A DNA stretch of 64,000 nucleotides from Chrysomallon squamiferum (taxonomy: Eukaryota; Animalia; Mollusca), in contig CM022672.1 of NCBI GenBank assembly GCA_012295275.1, positions 15,500,001 to 15,564,000 of the forward strand, given 5' to 3'. Shown here one piece after another: positions 25,061 through 39,900 of this stretch. The notes beneath the pieces were generated by a model that saw only the letters and a program-made list of their open reading frames with translations, did no database searches and was not told the origin of the DNA. A program made the translations under genes and the position numbers. Each line of letters opens with the position of its first letter. Positions within the stretch are counted from its first letter, which is position 1.

Positions 25061-28000
25061 TTGCTTACACTGAATCAAATCAATTCCAATAACTCCACAG
25101 AACAAATAACAGAACTGATCAAATTGTCATTAGTCAATGTAAACAAATCTATCAAAGAAAGAAGTATTTACTGACATAAAGTTCACCTTTATTTTCAATC
25201 CAATCTATAATCGCTAACAGAACATTAAGCTGTTTTCTAAATACTGACTGTATTTATATTTAGACTTCTCTAGAAATAGTACATGTTGTTTATATTACAT
25301 GCACTTAATTTACACAAGCTGGAATTTTTCACAGATAAAATTCTTGTTTAAACACAATAAAAAAAAAAAATGACATGAATATTGAAAGCTTTTTAATGAT
25401 TCATTTATTGCAGTATTTTTGTCCAGTTCATTTCAGATCTGTAGAATCTAATTTTTAAAAATATTGTATCATATGTAAAACGTGTGTATGTGAGTGTGTG
25501 TGTCTGTGTATCTGTGTGTATGAAAATTAAAGAAAGAGTTAAAAATTAAACCTAAATTAACCGATAATTATTTATTTCCCTCCACAAAAAAAAAAAAAAA
25601 AAATAAAAAAAGAAACAAAACAAAATAAAAATAAAAATAAAACCATAGATGTGAATTATGTTTCTAAATATATTAAATATTTTTGTTGCTAAATAACTTT
25701 ATCCTTTTTAACACATTTATAATGAAAAATAATTAAATCAATAAATGAATAATAAATTAATTTTTAAATTAAAAAATTATCACAAAATTTAATTTATAAA
25801 GTTTAAAACAGAAATGTCATTTAAAAATGATAATATATAAAATTAACTAAACTGAAAGATTAAATAAATTCCTAAATAAAAAGAAAGAAAATTAAACAGA
25901 AAAGTAAAATTCTCCACTGTAACCCACGAAATTAAAGCAGTATGAAATTTCAGACTGTAATCACAGGTATATCCTTTACAGTGACATATGTAGAATATAA
26001 AAGTTTTAAAAAGTGATCTTCATATAAAACTTAAAAATAAAGAGTATCTTTGATGTTAAGAATAAGCAGCCTATTTATTGTTTAATTTATTTTTTACATA
26101 CAATCAGATATTTCTCTTTTAACAATGTTATTTTACATATAAAAATATATTTAAAAGAAAAACCCTGACAGGCTGAGTAAATTATTTTTAAATTTCTGTA
26201 CCCATTATGACAGTTATGGATTTTTAAAGTAAATACATAAATTAACGAATGAACTTTTGGACAAAAATTTAAAAAAAGCTCAAGTCAACTCTAAATGCAT
26301 GTGTCACTTTAAATCTATACCCACTGACTACAGTCAACAAAATAAAATACTTTTTTATCATCACTCTCTGTACTGCAGGTAAGTATGAACTTTGAAAAAC
26401 AAAGTAATTTCTTTTTTAACATCCATGCTTCTCCAAACACTAGTTTTTAGCCATATGAAACTGGGTTATTTTTATTTTTTATTTTCATAGCTTGTATATG
26501 ATCACCATCTTAAAACGAAGAGATGGCAAGGTTTAGAAGACTTATTTATATTTTCGTACAAATAAAAACAAAACTATAGTTTTAAAAGCAAAATAAGCCA
26601 ATTTTATTTTTAATTATTCAATGTTAACTCGATTATTTTAAGCTGCTGATATTTTTGTTTCTTTGCTTGTGTATATGTATGTGTGTGTGTGTGTGTGTAT
26701 GTGTGTGTGTGCGTGCGCGTGTATGTGCATGTGTGTGCCCAAGTATGTAAGTGTATGTAGCATTGTTTTGGGGAGGAGGCCTTTTGTTTCTCTTTCTATT
26801 CCATTTTTCTTTTCAAAACTGATATAAATTTTTAAAAATCATAAAAAAAATGAAAATGTATGAATAGATTAAAAAATTCACATCAGAGAAACATTATGCT
26901 ATCGTGCGTCCATCCAGATAAATAGTAAAATTGTGCCCAAGAAAGGAAATTCAGCTAATTTTAATTCGAATGTTAAAATATGCTCATTTGTTTATGAGAA
27001 ATAACTTTCCTGTCAATGTTAAAATTCAAGTTATCTTCTTGAGGACAGATCTGACTTTGCAATGACCGTTTAAATTTGATTGTTCGGAGCTTATCTGACT
27101 TAACCCAGATAGTTCACTTTTGACACATCTGACTTTACCCAGATAGTTCAAGTTTGCTTGTTATGGGTACATCCGACTTTATCACGACACTCTGGTGTTA
27201 TGGGCAAGAAAGAAAAAAGAGCTTGCATTGACCAGCTTGCCAGTCCAATCTCTGCATATCTCATTAGTGACTGTGACTTCTGGTACTCCAGGTTAACTAC
27301 AATAACAGTCACAACCTTTACCAATACTGACTGCTGCATTTTCAAGAAGAAAAATAATAATAATCATCCATCTACAAACGGTTGTTGCCAGCAACCATTA
27401 TAGCTTTGTCACTATGAATTAGCGGACAACACCAATGAATACAGTTTAATTATTGGTTATCTTGTAATAAACTGGCCAGTATGAACACTGTGATTGCTTC
27501 GGAAATCATTACTGGAAGAAGAGAGAGAGAACAGACTTAAAAAAAAAAAAAAAAAAAAAAAAAGACTGTAATCAGGTAAATGAGAACAACAGGAATTGTC
27601 AGAGATGGAAATTAATGAAATAATAACATCACAGTCATTTCTGTCCTATTATTAACAGCATATATTGATTTTGATATATTTTTTTCTTTGTTTGGCCGGA
27701 TTTGTATTTAGATCAAAAAGAAGAAGAAAAGCTGTTTTTGGTCAGATAATATCCTTAGATATAGATGGTATTTTTTTTTTAAAAAGCATTTCTCATAGTC
27801 TAGTTATATCTGACAAAGCATTCACTACCTCCAGCTTCATATATTTCACCACACCAATTTTATGTGTTTCATCATAATTTTAACCACATAAAACTTCATT
27901 TGTGTGTATGTGTGTGTGAGTGTGTATGTCTGTGTGTACCTGTGTATGTTTGTGTGTGTGGTATGGTGTGTATGTGTGTGTGTATGAATGTGTACGTCTC

Positions 28001-28595
28001 TGTGTGTGTGTGTGTTTCTTGGTTTATATAGATAGATGGATATATGGACTGATGAATAGGTACACAGACAGATGGACAGAGAGACAGACAGACAGACAGA
28101 TACATAAACAGTTGTATATGAGTGTGTATGTATATATATATATATATATATAAAAAAATTTACCTTTTTGCACTGTTTAATAGCATTCCACAGTTTCCGA
28201 TTGAAAACCATGCCCATGTTATGTTTTGATGAAATCCAGAATGCTTTCTCAACCTGCAAACAGTGAAACAGATTATCAGACATGTATTACGTTCATGATT
28301 ATGTATATGTCATAGATTCATAGGAATCTTCTTGTGACTCAATAAGATGCTAGACTTCAGAGCAAACCAGATTACAACTGACATTTGTATTATTATTTTT
28401 ATGATTATTAATTGTGGTAATAGTTTAGTTTAGTGTTAGTATTAGTAGTAATAGTGATAGTTGTAGTGAGTTATAGTCATATTTATAATAGTTGTAGTAG
28501 TTTTAATGTTAATAGAATTATTATTATTATTCTGTTACTTTCTTTTTTAAACATTTAATATAACATTTGTTAAAACATTATTATTATTATTATTA

Positions 28596-28629
<34 letters not shown>

Positions 28630-31600
28630 AGTATTATCATCAACACCAACATCATCATCATCACCATTATCAAGATCACTGTTACTCAGCTCACTGTCTA
28701 CAACAATGCTAAACACGCTAGCAGTGCAGACTATCAGGAGTTGACATAAAAGAATCATAAAGCCAGTCTACCAGATAATGCCATCTACTAATGACTATAA
28801 ACTATGCAAGACTCAGACCATCTGCCATTAAGAATGTAAATAATTTCATTAGCTAATTGCTGTCTGGGACATTACTGCACTAAGATCAGAACTCAGATAA
28901 ATTTATATTTTATCTGGGCATGATTAGAAGATAAAAAAAATTACACTTTATCTATTTGCATTGGTGGGCATGCATATCTACACAAGTGTTTTCTCAAAAA
29001 AATGTTTCTGTTCAGCATTCCAGACAGATAGATCAGTCTTTCTCTGCAGTTTAATGTCTTGTTGGGGAGGTGGGGATTGTGCCATGTAAACAAACTGTGC
29101 AGCCTTTTTATTTCAATTTATTATTTGAGAGGTTTTTAAGGGGACGTCTGGTGAGGATGTCATTCAAAATTAATTTAACTTTTTTGGCTTAATAATAATG
29201 ACGATGATGATGATAATGTGTTGTAGTATTGTTTAATACTTAGTTAATTCAAAATTTTTATTTTATATTTATTTAATTCAGAAACTGTGTTTTGAATTCA
29301 TTTAATAGAAGAACTGTATTCATTTAATTCAGAAAGAATAAATTTTACTATTCATTTAATTCAAGTCTCTATTTTCTTTTTCTTTTTATTCATTTTGAAA
29401 TAATAATGATCTATTCATTCAATTCAGAAATCTTTTCAAACCTTTCCAGCATTCACTTTATAGTTCTGCACTTTGTCGTAATTTCCAATGACAAACATTC
29501 TACAATCCTTGCAGTCTCTGTGAAACAGAAAAAACAAAAATATGCAATAAAAAATTACCTTTATTATTTATTACAATTTTCATTTAACACACAGGAAGTA
29601 TTTTTAACTCAAATTTCAAAGGAAGAGACATGGCTATAACATACATCATATTCATTCAAGACAAATATTAAAATTTCTAAGTACGTAAATCATATTAACA
29701 TGAACTTTTTATGGCATAAAGACTATTTATGCAGGTTTTACATAGAATGTATCTGACATAGAATGCTGCAGTCATGTAGGATTTACATGGGTTATAACAG
29801 TTCTTAGTAATATTTATACGAAAGTTTTCAAGTTATGAATACACAAAGAATACAATTGCATCATTTTATTTAAGTGCCATAAGCATAAGTGCTTTTCTGC
29901 ATCCATGGGGATTCTTGGAACCACATAATAATACTATAGATAAGTCAGGACAACCATATTTTACTGTGTATGAATTATTTATATAATATGGAACATCTGA
30001 TTGGTAAGAAAACTGATGTATTCATGAAAGTTACTATTTTCAGAGGAGATTTGTAAGAGGGGAGTATTCAACTTGTTGGTAACTATTAAAGTTAAAGACA
30101 TGGTAACCAAAATTTATCATTTATTTTTTGTTGTATGTAAATCAATTATGTTCATTAAATGATAAATACAGTATGTAAATCTCTTAATTGCATTATTATC
30201 TCAAAATTCATTTTTATTTTGTTGTTCGAATTAGTTACACACTGTGCCAAATGTTGTCAGATAACCGACAGTATTTTGTAAATTAGTGTTTTAGGCATTT
30301 TCACTGGTCTTTTTTTTGTGGATTTTTGTTTTTATATTATGTTTTGTTTATTTTTTATTATCTATTTTAAGCTATTACTTTAATATGTTAATACTTTTAT
30401 CCCATTATTATTATTTTTATTTTTTTCATAGTTGTTTTCAACAATTAAAAATATACTGACATTACTGACATACTGGTTCTATTAACAATCTCTGGATAGA
30501 ATAATAATTTACGTAAGACTGTTTACCTGCAGTTCTAAATTCTATATCCTCAGAATTTTTTTTTTTTTTAAATGTTTTCTTTTAATTACTAGGAATAATG
30601 AAAAATATAGTGTAAAACAAAATTATAATTAAATAACTTAAATTATATTTGACCTGCCATAAAATGTATTTTATTTGGTTTTACAAGCATATTATATTTA
30701 AATAAAATACTAGATCTTCTACAAAAGAACACAAATGTTACAGACTTTATCAAGAGAGTCTGCTTGTTACGTGAAGTCACAGGGTACTAACTTGAGTTGT
30801 AGGTTATGCATCATCTGCAACATTGTCAGAGCATCCTCTGTGAGGAAGTAGTCGTCTTCGAGCAGCAACACCATCCCATCAAAGTCCTTGAGGATGCCAA
30901 TGCCTTCAAACACATGATTTAGCTGTAACATAAGAAAACAGAGCCATTTTCAAACACTAATTCTTCAAACACATGATTTAGCTGTAACATAAGAAAACAG
31001 AGCCATTTTCAAACACTAATTCTTCAAACACATGATTTAGCTGTAACATAAGAAAACAGAGCCATTTTCAAACACTAATTCTTCAAACACATGATTTAGC
31101 TGTAACATAAGAAAACAGAGCCATTTTCAAACACTAATTCTTCAAACACATGATTTAGCTGTAACATAAGAAAACAGAGCCATTTTCAAACACTAATTCT
31201 TCAAACACATGATTTAGCTGTAACATAAGAAAACAGAGAAATTTTCAAACACTAATTCTTCAAACACGTGATTTAGCTGTAACATAAAAACAAAGCCATT
31301 TTCAAACACTAATTCTTCAAACACGTGATTTAGCTGTAACATAAAAACAAAGCCATTTTAACTGCTGATGTTTCAAACAGATGATTTAAATACAATTTTA
31401 ATGCATGATTTAGTTGTACCATAAAAACAGGTAATTTTAATACATTTATATTTCAAACAGATGATTCAGTTATAATATAAAAACAGAATTATTTCAGATA
31501 AAGGAACCATCTATAATTTCAATACATAAATTAGCCTCAGTATAAAAATAAAACAATTTTAACCCTACGATCTTTCAAATATATTATTTATCTATAACTT

Positions 31601-32009
31601 TAACATTTTGATGTTTCAAAACAAGAATTAGCTAGAACATAAAACACTGCAATTCTTGAAGTTCACTGCTTCACTGTGCCAAAGATTTTTTGATAAACAA
31701 ACATTTTCTTAAAGAAAAATAACATAAGGACTAAAAAAATATAAAATAAAGTATCATTGCTATCTTCAAAAGCATGAATGAAATAAAAAGTAAAATTTAT
31801 ATATATTTCTTTTTTATCTCTAATGAATACATAATATCACTCAGGCTAAAACACCCACACCAACATATATATATATAAAACAATAAACACTAAGACATAC
31901 ATATAAATAAATAATGAAATATATAACATACACACATTCACATTCACATACATACATAGATACATATTTACATAATACATACATATACATACTATATATA
32001 TATATATAT

Positions 32010-32046
<37 letters not shown>

Positions 32047-33910
32047 ATATTCACAAACAGAATTACATAAATACATACCTAAAAATAATGAAAATACAAA
32101 CACACACACACACACACACAGGAACATACACATCATAAACATCTTAAAAAATAAATAAAGATTGTTTCTTGATTTATCAAAAATCCATGACTGTTACTTA
32201 GTTTTACCTCTAATGCAAGACGTAACTCAGTGCAAATGGATATTAAACGTTTTTAACGAAAAGGAGGATTATTAACTGAAACACATTATTTGTTATTATT
32301 TAGTTCAGAGTACTGAAAATTCATAACATAGCTAGTTTGATCTGGGAAAATATATAAAATATATTTTTTAAACTTAGCTCTATGACTGCAGAGCTGCTGT
32401 TGGAATGGGAAAATAAGCCAAAATCAATAAATGAATGTTTATGACAGGATTTACGTATTTGCAATTATACTCCTTTTATCACAATAAATTTATGAAGCGC
32501 AGTGTGAGATAATGTCTAAATAAAGAATACAATATGAAGTCAATGACAGTAGAGATATTTCTAGTAGAGACTGTTACAGTCAGAACATTTAAAATCTACG
32601 CTTGGGTTCAGAAGATGACTGTTACAGATAATGTAAGTGTATTTAAAATCTACGCTTGGGTTCAGAACAGATTAATGCTATAATGTTGAAATCTACTTTG
32701 GTTCCAGCACTAAAGAGTTTACAAGTTGTATTAGTACTGATGAGTGTTATTACTCCTGGTTTCTGTGACTCGAGAGCACTGCAAACAATTACAGTTGAGA
32801 TCAATGATTTCTCAAACAGATTAATTATTGACATAGACTGCTTGACGCTGCATTCAGGAATTCACACAACTCCTCACTGACAGTGATAATGTGCTAGTTC
32901 AACACTAAATTCTCATAAATCCGATATGGAGCTCTGGTTGGAATTGTTTAATTATTAATTACATTTGTTTATTGATTACAATTCTTTTTTTTTTTTAAAA
33001 CTAAAAACCACTATCATAGCAACATGAATACCAAAAGGTAAAAAAGAGATTAGTTTGTATAAAATAATGGAATTTAGCAATGAAAGTTTTCACTGATGAA
33101 TAAAACTGATGTAAAATAATGAAATTTTAAAGTCAGAACACTGCCAATGAAAGTTTCCACTTTCCAGTAAAAAACTAAAAATGAAATTTAAGAGGAGAAA
33201 CAAAATTAATATTTTAGTTTGTAAAAAGTAATCAAATACTACAAGTGAAAATTTCCTATTCCTTTAAAAAAAAAAAAATAAAGAAAACAGAAAATCGTTA
33301 TTGTAATAAGCATAAAATTCAGAAATGGCCATTTGTTGCTGATGCATGTATTGCAAATACAACCATGTAAGTGATGGCATTTTGATCAGTGCCTAATCCC
33401 AGGAAGCAAATAAAACCAATTCCATTAGTTCCATGTGGTAACCTAGCTCATCAATTATGCAAGTGAATTCGAAATACCAGAGTTCACCCTGGCACTGAGC
33501 AAGATGGAAGATATCAGTTAATGTTTCAGTCCATCCACAGAAAAAACAAGTTATATAAACCAGATACAAGATTTTTTTTTTTTATTAGTTTTTTAAATTA
33601 CTTTTTTATTATTTTTGATTTTTTTTTTTCAAATTAAAACTGATATATAATCAGATTGTGAAGACATTTTTAAATATTTTATTTATAATTGGTTTTTGTT
33701 TTTCAAAAGAAAACTGATATATAATCAGATTGTGAAGACATTTTTAAATATTTAATTTATATTTTTTATACATTTTTTATACAATTTTATACATTTGTTA
33801 TTTTATTTTATTATGCTTTGGTTGTATTTCATAGATCGTTAATACATTTTGCTATTTTCTTTATTTTTTTAAAATAATTTTCTTTATTTATTTCTTTATC
33901 TATTTATTTT

Positions 33911-33945
<35 letters not shown>

Positions 33946-36900
33946 TTTCATTAACATCGACAATTCATATAATTTTTATATTTTATTACAATAATTTTAT
34001 TTATTTTATTTTGAAATATTATGGACTATTACATGTTTGAGTGAATACCTCACAACTATATCACAACAAATTATGTTATATGTTGTTATGGGCCTTACAA
34101 AGGTGCATACAAAAGATTCCATATTGCTAAATCTATGAGAACAGTCCACGAGGTAGCCACATACAGCGTTCTCTTAATGTAAGAAACTTAATGAAATTGA
34201 TATTACATGTTTTTGAGGTGTTATTATTTATTTACTCAGATTACTTAAGCAGCAGAGTCAGATATTTGAAAACAAGCCTGGAATATGGTGATGTTCTGAA
34301 AGGTGTAGACTTACTTTCCAAATCCAGTGATGTTTAGCTTGGCAGTACTTAGCCTCTCTGTAATGTCCATACTTGTCAGGGTGTTCAGCATTGTTACACT
34401 TCTTATTCAAAGCTCTGAAAATATAGTTTTAAAAAAACACTCAGTTTCTAGTTTCAAGTTTTATTATATTTATATTTATTTATTTCTTAAAAAATATTTT
34501 CTTTTATTTACTTACTTTATTATATTTTATTATATTTATCTCTTTTTTTTCTTCACATATTTACTTATTTATCTTTCTTCTTTTCCTTTATTATGCAAGT
34601 ATGTATGTGTCTGTGATAACAAAAAAATTAACATTATACTTCAGTTTTTTTCTCCAAGTCCTTATCATCTATTACCCCAACTCAACTTTAAATTTATAAC
34701 CATTTATAAGATATAAATTTATTTTCTTTATTGCTTAGTTTATCTGCTTCAGAAAGTATTTCATATTTTATCTTTAGATCCCAATACAACAGGAAATTCA
34801 ATTTTTCTCAGTCGAAGAGCATTTTTATTAAATTACAATCTAACACTGCCACAAAGTCAGTGTAACCTCTAATGTCACTGACACATGATAAATCATAATG
34901 TTATTTTTATAAATCATAATATTATTAAATAACTCTTTTTTCATTAAGTATTTATGAATTTCTCAGGTCTGGTCATGTCAGTACAATATAAATCAAAAGT
35001 CATAACAACTCTAACCTGTGGTGTTGGCTTGTGAACAATTTATAAATATCACCAATAATAAAACAAACAGAAACTTTGTTTATATAATATTTGATATAAT
35101 ATTTAGACAAATTTACAATATTTAAAATGTTTAAGTTATAATATATATATATATAAAAATACTCACACACACTTATATTTTTTTTAATTACGTTAAATAC
35201 ATAGATACTACTACTAATTTACTGGCATCATTATAACTATTATCATCATAATTATCAATATTATCATTATTATCATTATTCACTAATGATCATCATTTCC
35301 TTTTAATATCACAGCATTATTAATATTTACAAGTGTTATCATTATCATTACCATCATCATCATAATCATCACAATTTCCTTTTAATACCACAGCACTATT
35401 AATATATAATTAACAAGTTTTATCATCATCATCATTTCTTTTTAGTAGCACATCACTATTAATCAATGGTAAACTGACTCTTTGGGAATACTCAAATCAG
35501 ACTCTGCAGATTGCATTAATAAGATGTAGATAACTGCAGTCAGTTTAAACATCAAACAGAGAATATGAATCCAGTCAGTTTTGTAAAATCAAGATAAGTC
35601 ATTGATCAATTGACAGAGTTTGGGAAAGTCTTCTACAGAGGACTGACTGTCTTGGTATTATATAAAGAGATAGTGAAGCCAGAGGGAGATGAACCTCATC
35701 AGTTAATTTGATGATTATAGGAGGACTGGAAACAAATAGAACGTAGCTGGAGTAGAATCATTTGTCATTATAATCACCGAGTTATAGATGTTCTGATATT
35801 TTTGCAGTTGTTTTCAAAGAATGAATGAGAGGATAAATGAATGAATTAAAAAATTAATAGATAACTGTGCAAAAATCAATTATTCAATAAAATTAAATGA
35901 ATACATTTATTAATGAATAAATCAATGAAGCTAAATGGGTGAATTTATAAAAATATATTAATGAATGTAAAAGATAATGAATGAATGTAAAAGATAATGA
36001 ATAAATTCATGATAATGAATTAATGGACTGATAAATGAATAAATGAGCTAATTAATGTGTGAACCGAGAGCTGAAATATTTTGTTAATGATCTGGTATAG
36101 TAAATAAGTTATCAATAGTTGAAAGTTTTTGTGAACACTTGCTGAAACAGGTGAAACAGAAAAGACTAATAACCACAGGCCATTCCTTTCATTAAAAATA
36201 TAACAGTAAAGACTATTATTTTTTATTTTTAGTACTCGAAAGAGTATGAAATCAAATAACTCAAGTAGTATATAGTTTTATCTCTCTGCTATCATCACTT
36301 GGGCAAGACTGAGATCTACAGCAATTGGCAGTGGTTAAAGTCCAGGAAATTACCAAGCTTGTTGTCATAGCAACATCCTGTATTGCAAGTTTATCAGTAG
36401 TGTTTCTTGTGATTACTTTGTAGCATGGCTTGCTTATTTGCTTCCTCTGTATTATGTATTATAAATGATATCAAAACAGTATGAACTTGTTTCTTGTTTA
36501 CAGTTCTAACATTTAGCTGCTAGTAGTCACATTAATCACAGCATTCACAAACTGCAAGCAATATTTATGTAATGTTATATAATTAATTATATACATTTTG
36601 GAATCAGTATATTCATCCATATATATGTATTTTTGAATTTTGTTAATAGACGGAACAAAGACATATACATAAAGGCTTTTGAACATGTATATGCACACAC
36701 ACGCACACACACACAAACACACACACACACAATTTCATAAGCAAGTAAATTAATTTATTATTAAACTTCTTCAAACAGAATATAGGCACATACACATCAA
36801 CAGATATACACACATACACATATTTATTCACACATATATACAAGCAAATATACATACACACACAACCTAATTTTTATTACCAAGAAATAATAAGCGTTAT

Positions 36901-39900
36901 CTGAAAAGTGCCTTAAGTGCATACATAGACTGTATAAAGCAACATCTTGGACATTAGATGTGTCAAACTTTGTGCATAATTATCTTTAAGTATGTTGGAA
37001 AGTCACACTGACTTTTCTACATGTTCTTGAATCATACAGTATAATAATACTATTAAAACCAATGACTTTATAATTTATGACGTTTCAGCAACATCTGACA
37101 AATAAATGGCAAAAAATGTCATTGTATAATTTTTATTATTTTATTAAATCATCATAATCATAACTACAGTGTTTTTACTGCAGGATTCAGTAAAATGTGA
37201 CAGTAACATGACTGTTACTTTTTAAAAAAAAAATTATGATTTCATTTTAATCAAAACTTAATGACTTTACAGTTTAGATATATATAAATAAATTATAATA
37301 AATCAATTCTTGAATTTCAATCAGATATAAAATAAAAATATATATTTTTTGAAAATAAGTTTTTAAAGAAATTATATTAAACATTATTAACAACAAAAAA
37401 AATTAATATTACAATAGAGAACAATTTATGCTCTAATTTAAAAAAAATGTATTTCCCAAAAGGTTTAAGTTTTTTTGTTTTTTAATAAAGATTAAATATA
37501 AAACCGAGAAACAAATGAAAAATGTCTATATATATTTAAATTTTCTATAATGATTCTTGTTTATGTAAACTGTAATCTTAATTAGGAATGTAATGAATAT
37601 TAAATGAAAATAAAATAAAATAAAATAAAATTTTGTTTGTGAATAATAAATTAATTTTTCTAAATGTTACTGTTTATTTAAATGTTATTTTCAAAAATAT
37701 TTTTATATATAAAACTATAACAAAAATTTAGTGAACATTAAACAACAAAAATTACATTCTCAGTAGAAACATTTCTGTGTGCAGTAAATAAATTTATTTT
37801 TCAAAATGTTTCAGTGCTTTGAAATATTTTATTTGTTTTTTTCTTCTTTTTTTGTACTAAATGAATTATAATAACCTACATTTCTGTTTTGATATGTACT
37901 ACAAAGACATTATAATTATTATGAAATAATGAAAATTAAATTTAAAATTCAATCTGTAAATAAAAAAAATTCTGTCTTTAATAAATTAATTTATTTCCCT
38001 AAATATTTCAGTTCTTTGAAGAGTTAGTTTTGATATTTTTTACTTGAATATCAGTTTCACTTCTTTATTAAAAAAAAATATATTAAAAGTACAAAAAAAA
38101 ATATCTTACTGATCCTTTTTAATATCCCTTGGGCAGTCATTTGCACTCTCTCCTGGAAATTCATTAGGAAACATTTGTTGGGAAAATGGAAAGAAAATCT
38201 GCATGACCTGAAAAATAAGAATAAAAATATATTTTCAAATTTTGAATACTGCATTGCATTTAAATTAATTATAACAATAACATCAAAATAAACAAAAGCA
38301 CAAAACAAACTAAACACAAATCAAATTACATTGAAAAGGGTTTTTTGAATGATACATTAATTTTTTCATTACTTCTATACTTATACAAAGATTTAATGGA
38401 AATTGTATTTTTGAAAGAATGTATTGCAAATTAAAAAGTTAATATTTCATTTTTAGAAATATTTATCTAGTTATACTTTAAAAATTAAGTTTTGTAGTTT
38501 TTCCATGCTATTTAATAATTAGCCTATATATTTGTGTTAATATTTTGAATTTGTTTAATATTTCATCACCAGGGAAGGAAAATGAGACACATGTTTTATA
38601 ATTTCACAAACTTGATAAAATTATCTACACATTTCATTTGAATCAACACCGATATTAAAAAGAATATTAATTACAAGAAAAAAGCCTATATTGTCTGTAC
38701 TTTTTTACAAAAACAAAAATACTGTCATTCAGTATAAATTTACAGTATTTTCTTTAATGTGTGTTGCAGATTTGAATTTCTTGATATAGACAAGAAACAT
38801 TAGAAAAAAATTCAGAAAAGGTTTCCAATACTGCAGTTGGTATTCCAAGACCTGATTTTCCAGTATATAAGGAAGAAATCACTTGTTTTCTTATTGTTCT
38901 CTGATCTGTGAGAGGGGAAGATATCATTTTACAGTTTACCAGTGTCTCCATCAGGAAAGTGACCTTGTACATCTAAGCTAAAACAAACACTGGTGTTTTA
39001 ATGTTGGATGAATGATGAAGCTAAAATAAACACTGATGTTATACTATTGGCTGAATGATGAAGTTAAAACAAAAACTGGAGTTATAATATTGGATGAATG
39101 ATGAAGCTAAAACAAACACTGGTGTTATAATATTGGATGAATGATGAAGCTAAAACAAACACTGGTGTTATAATATTGGATGAATGATGAAGCTAAAATA
39201 AACACTGGAGTTATCAACTGAATTTTTCTGCTACACTGCCTGCAACTGAGACATCTGACTGAGAACAATGAGAGAGAACTCAGTTTATAACAAAATAATG
39301 AGATAAAAGCAGTTTACTGTAATCAAACAAAAAAAATATTTTTCAGCTCCTCTTCCACAAATCATGAAAGAACTAATTATTTTGTTTTCACTGTTCTGTG
39401 ATCCAGCACTGATATAACACATAATTAGTGAATAAAATGGAATTTAACATGAATTATTCTGTTATGTGTACCTTCAGCTAGAACACAAAATGTAATAATA
39501 TTAAGTTTATAAAAAAAAAAACTGAACAACCTTTGGAAATAATGAACAATCAATAAATATAGAAATGTTTCAAAATCACAGAGTATAAAACTTACCGGAC
39601 AAAAATCTATTGTTTCCACCACTTGGTTCAGTTCTGCAGAGTATACATCATGACTAATAACTAACAATGTCTTCTCAATATTCCTCACTTTTCTCAAAGA
39701 ATCGAGCAGAATGTAGAGGTAGTCGTGACGATCGTGTACTTGTATAACAATAACAACACTGTTAGTGTCCAGCCTCAAACCAAACTGTTCAATGTTGTGA
39801 ATTTTCTGCTCAGAATTAATCCTGGCTGTCTCCATTTTGATTATGGTAAGGTTCGACACATCAATGTCATGATTTATGGCAATGGGTGTTGAATTGAAAG

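Noticed and set aside
24848-25174. Poly-N / poly-I ORFs
   Set aside because: Translations of the (AAT)n/(AAG)n microsatellite.
27896-28153. VC/HT-rich short ORFs here and at ~18910, ~31846, ~36513, ~45737
   Set aside because: Products of (GT)n/(CA)n dinucleotide tracts, with no domain signal.
33637-33755. Short direct duplications (also ~32570-32670, ~58060-58145, ~19280-19350)
   Set aside because: Ordinary two-copy slippage duplications in introns or UTR that do not touch exon boundaries.
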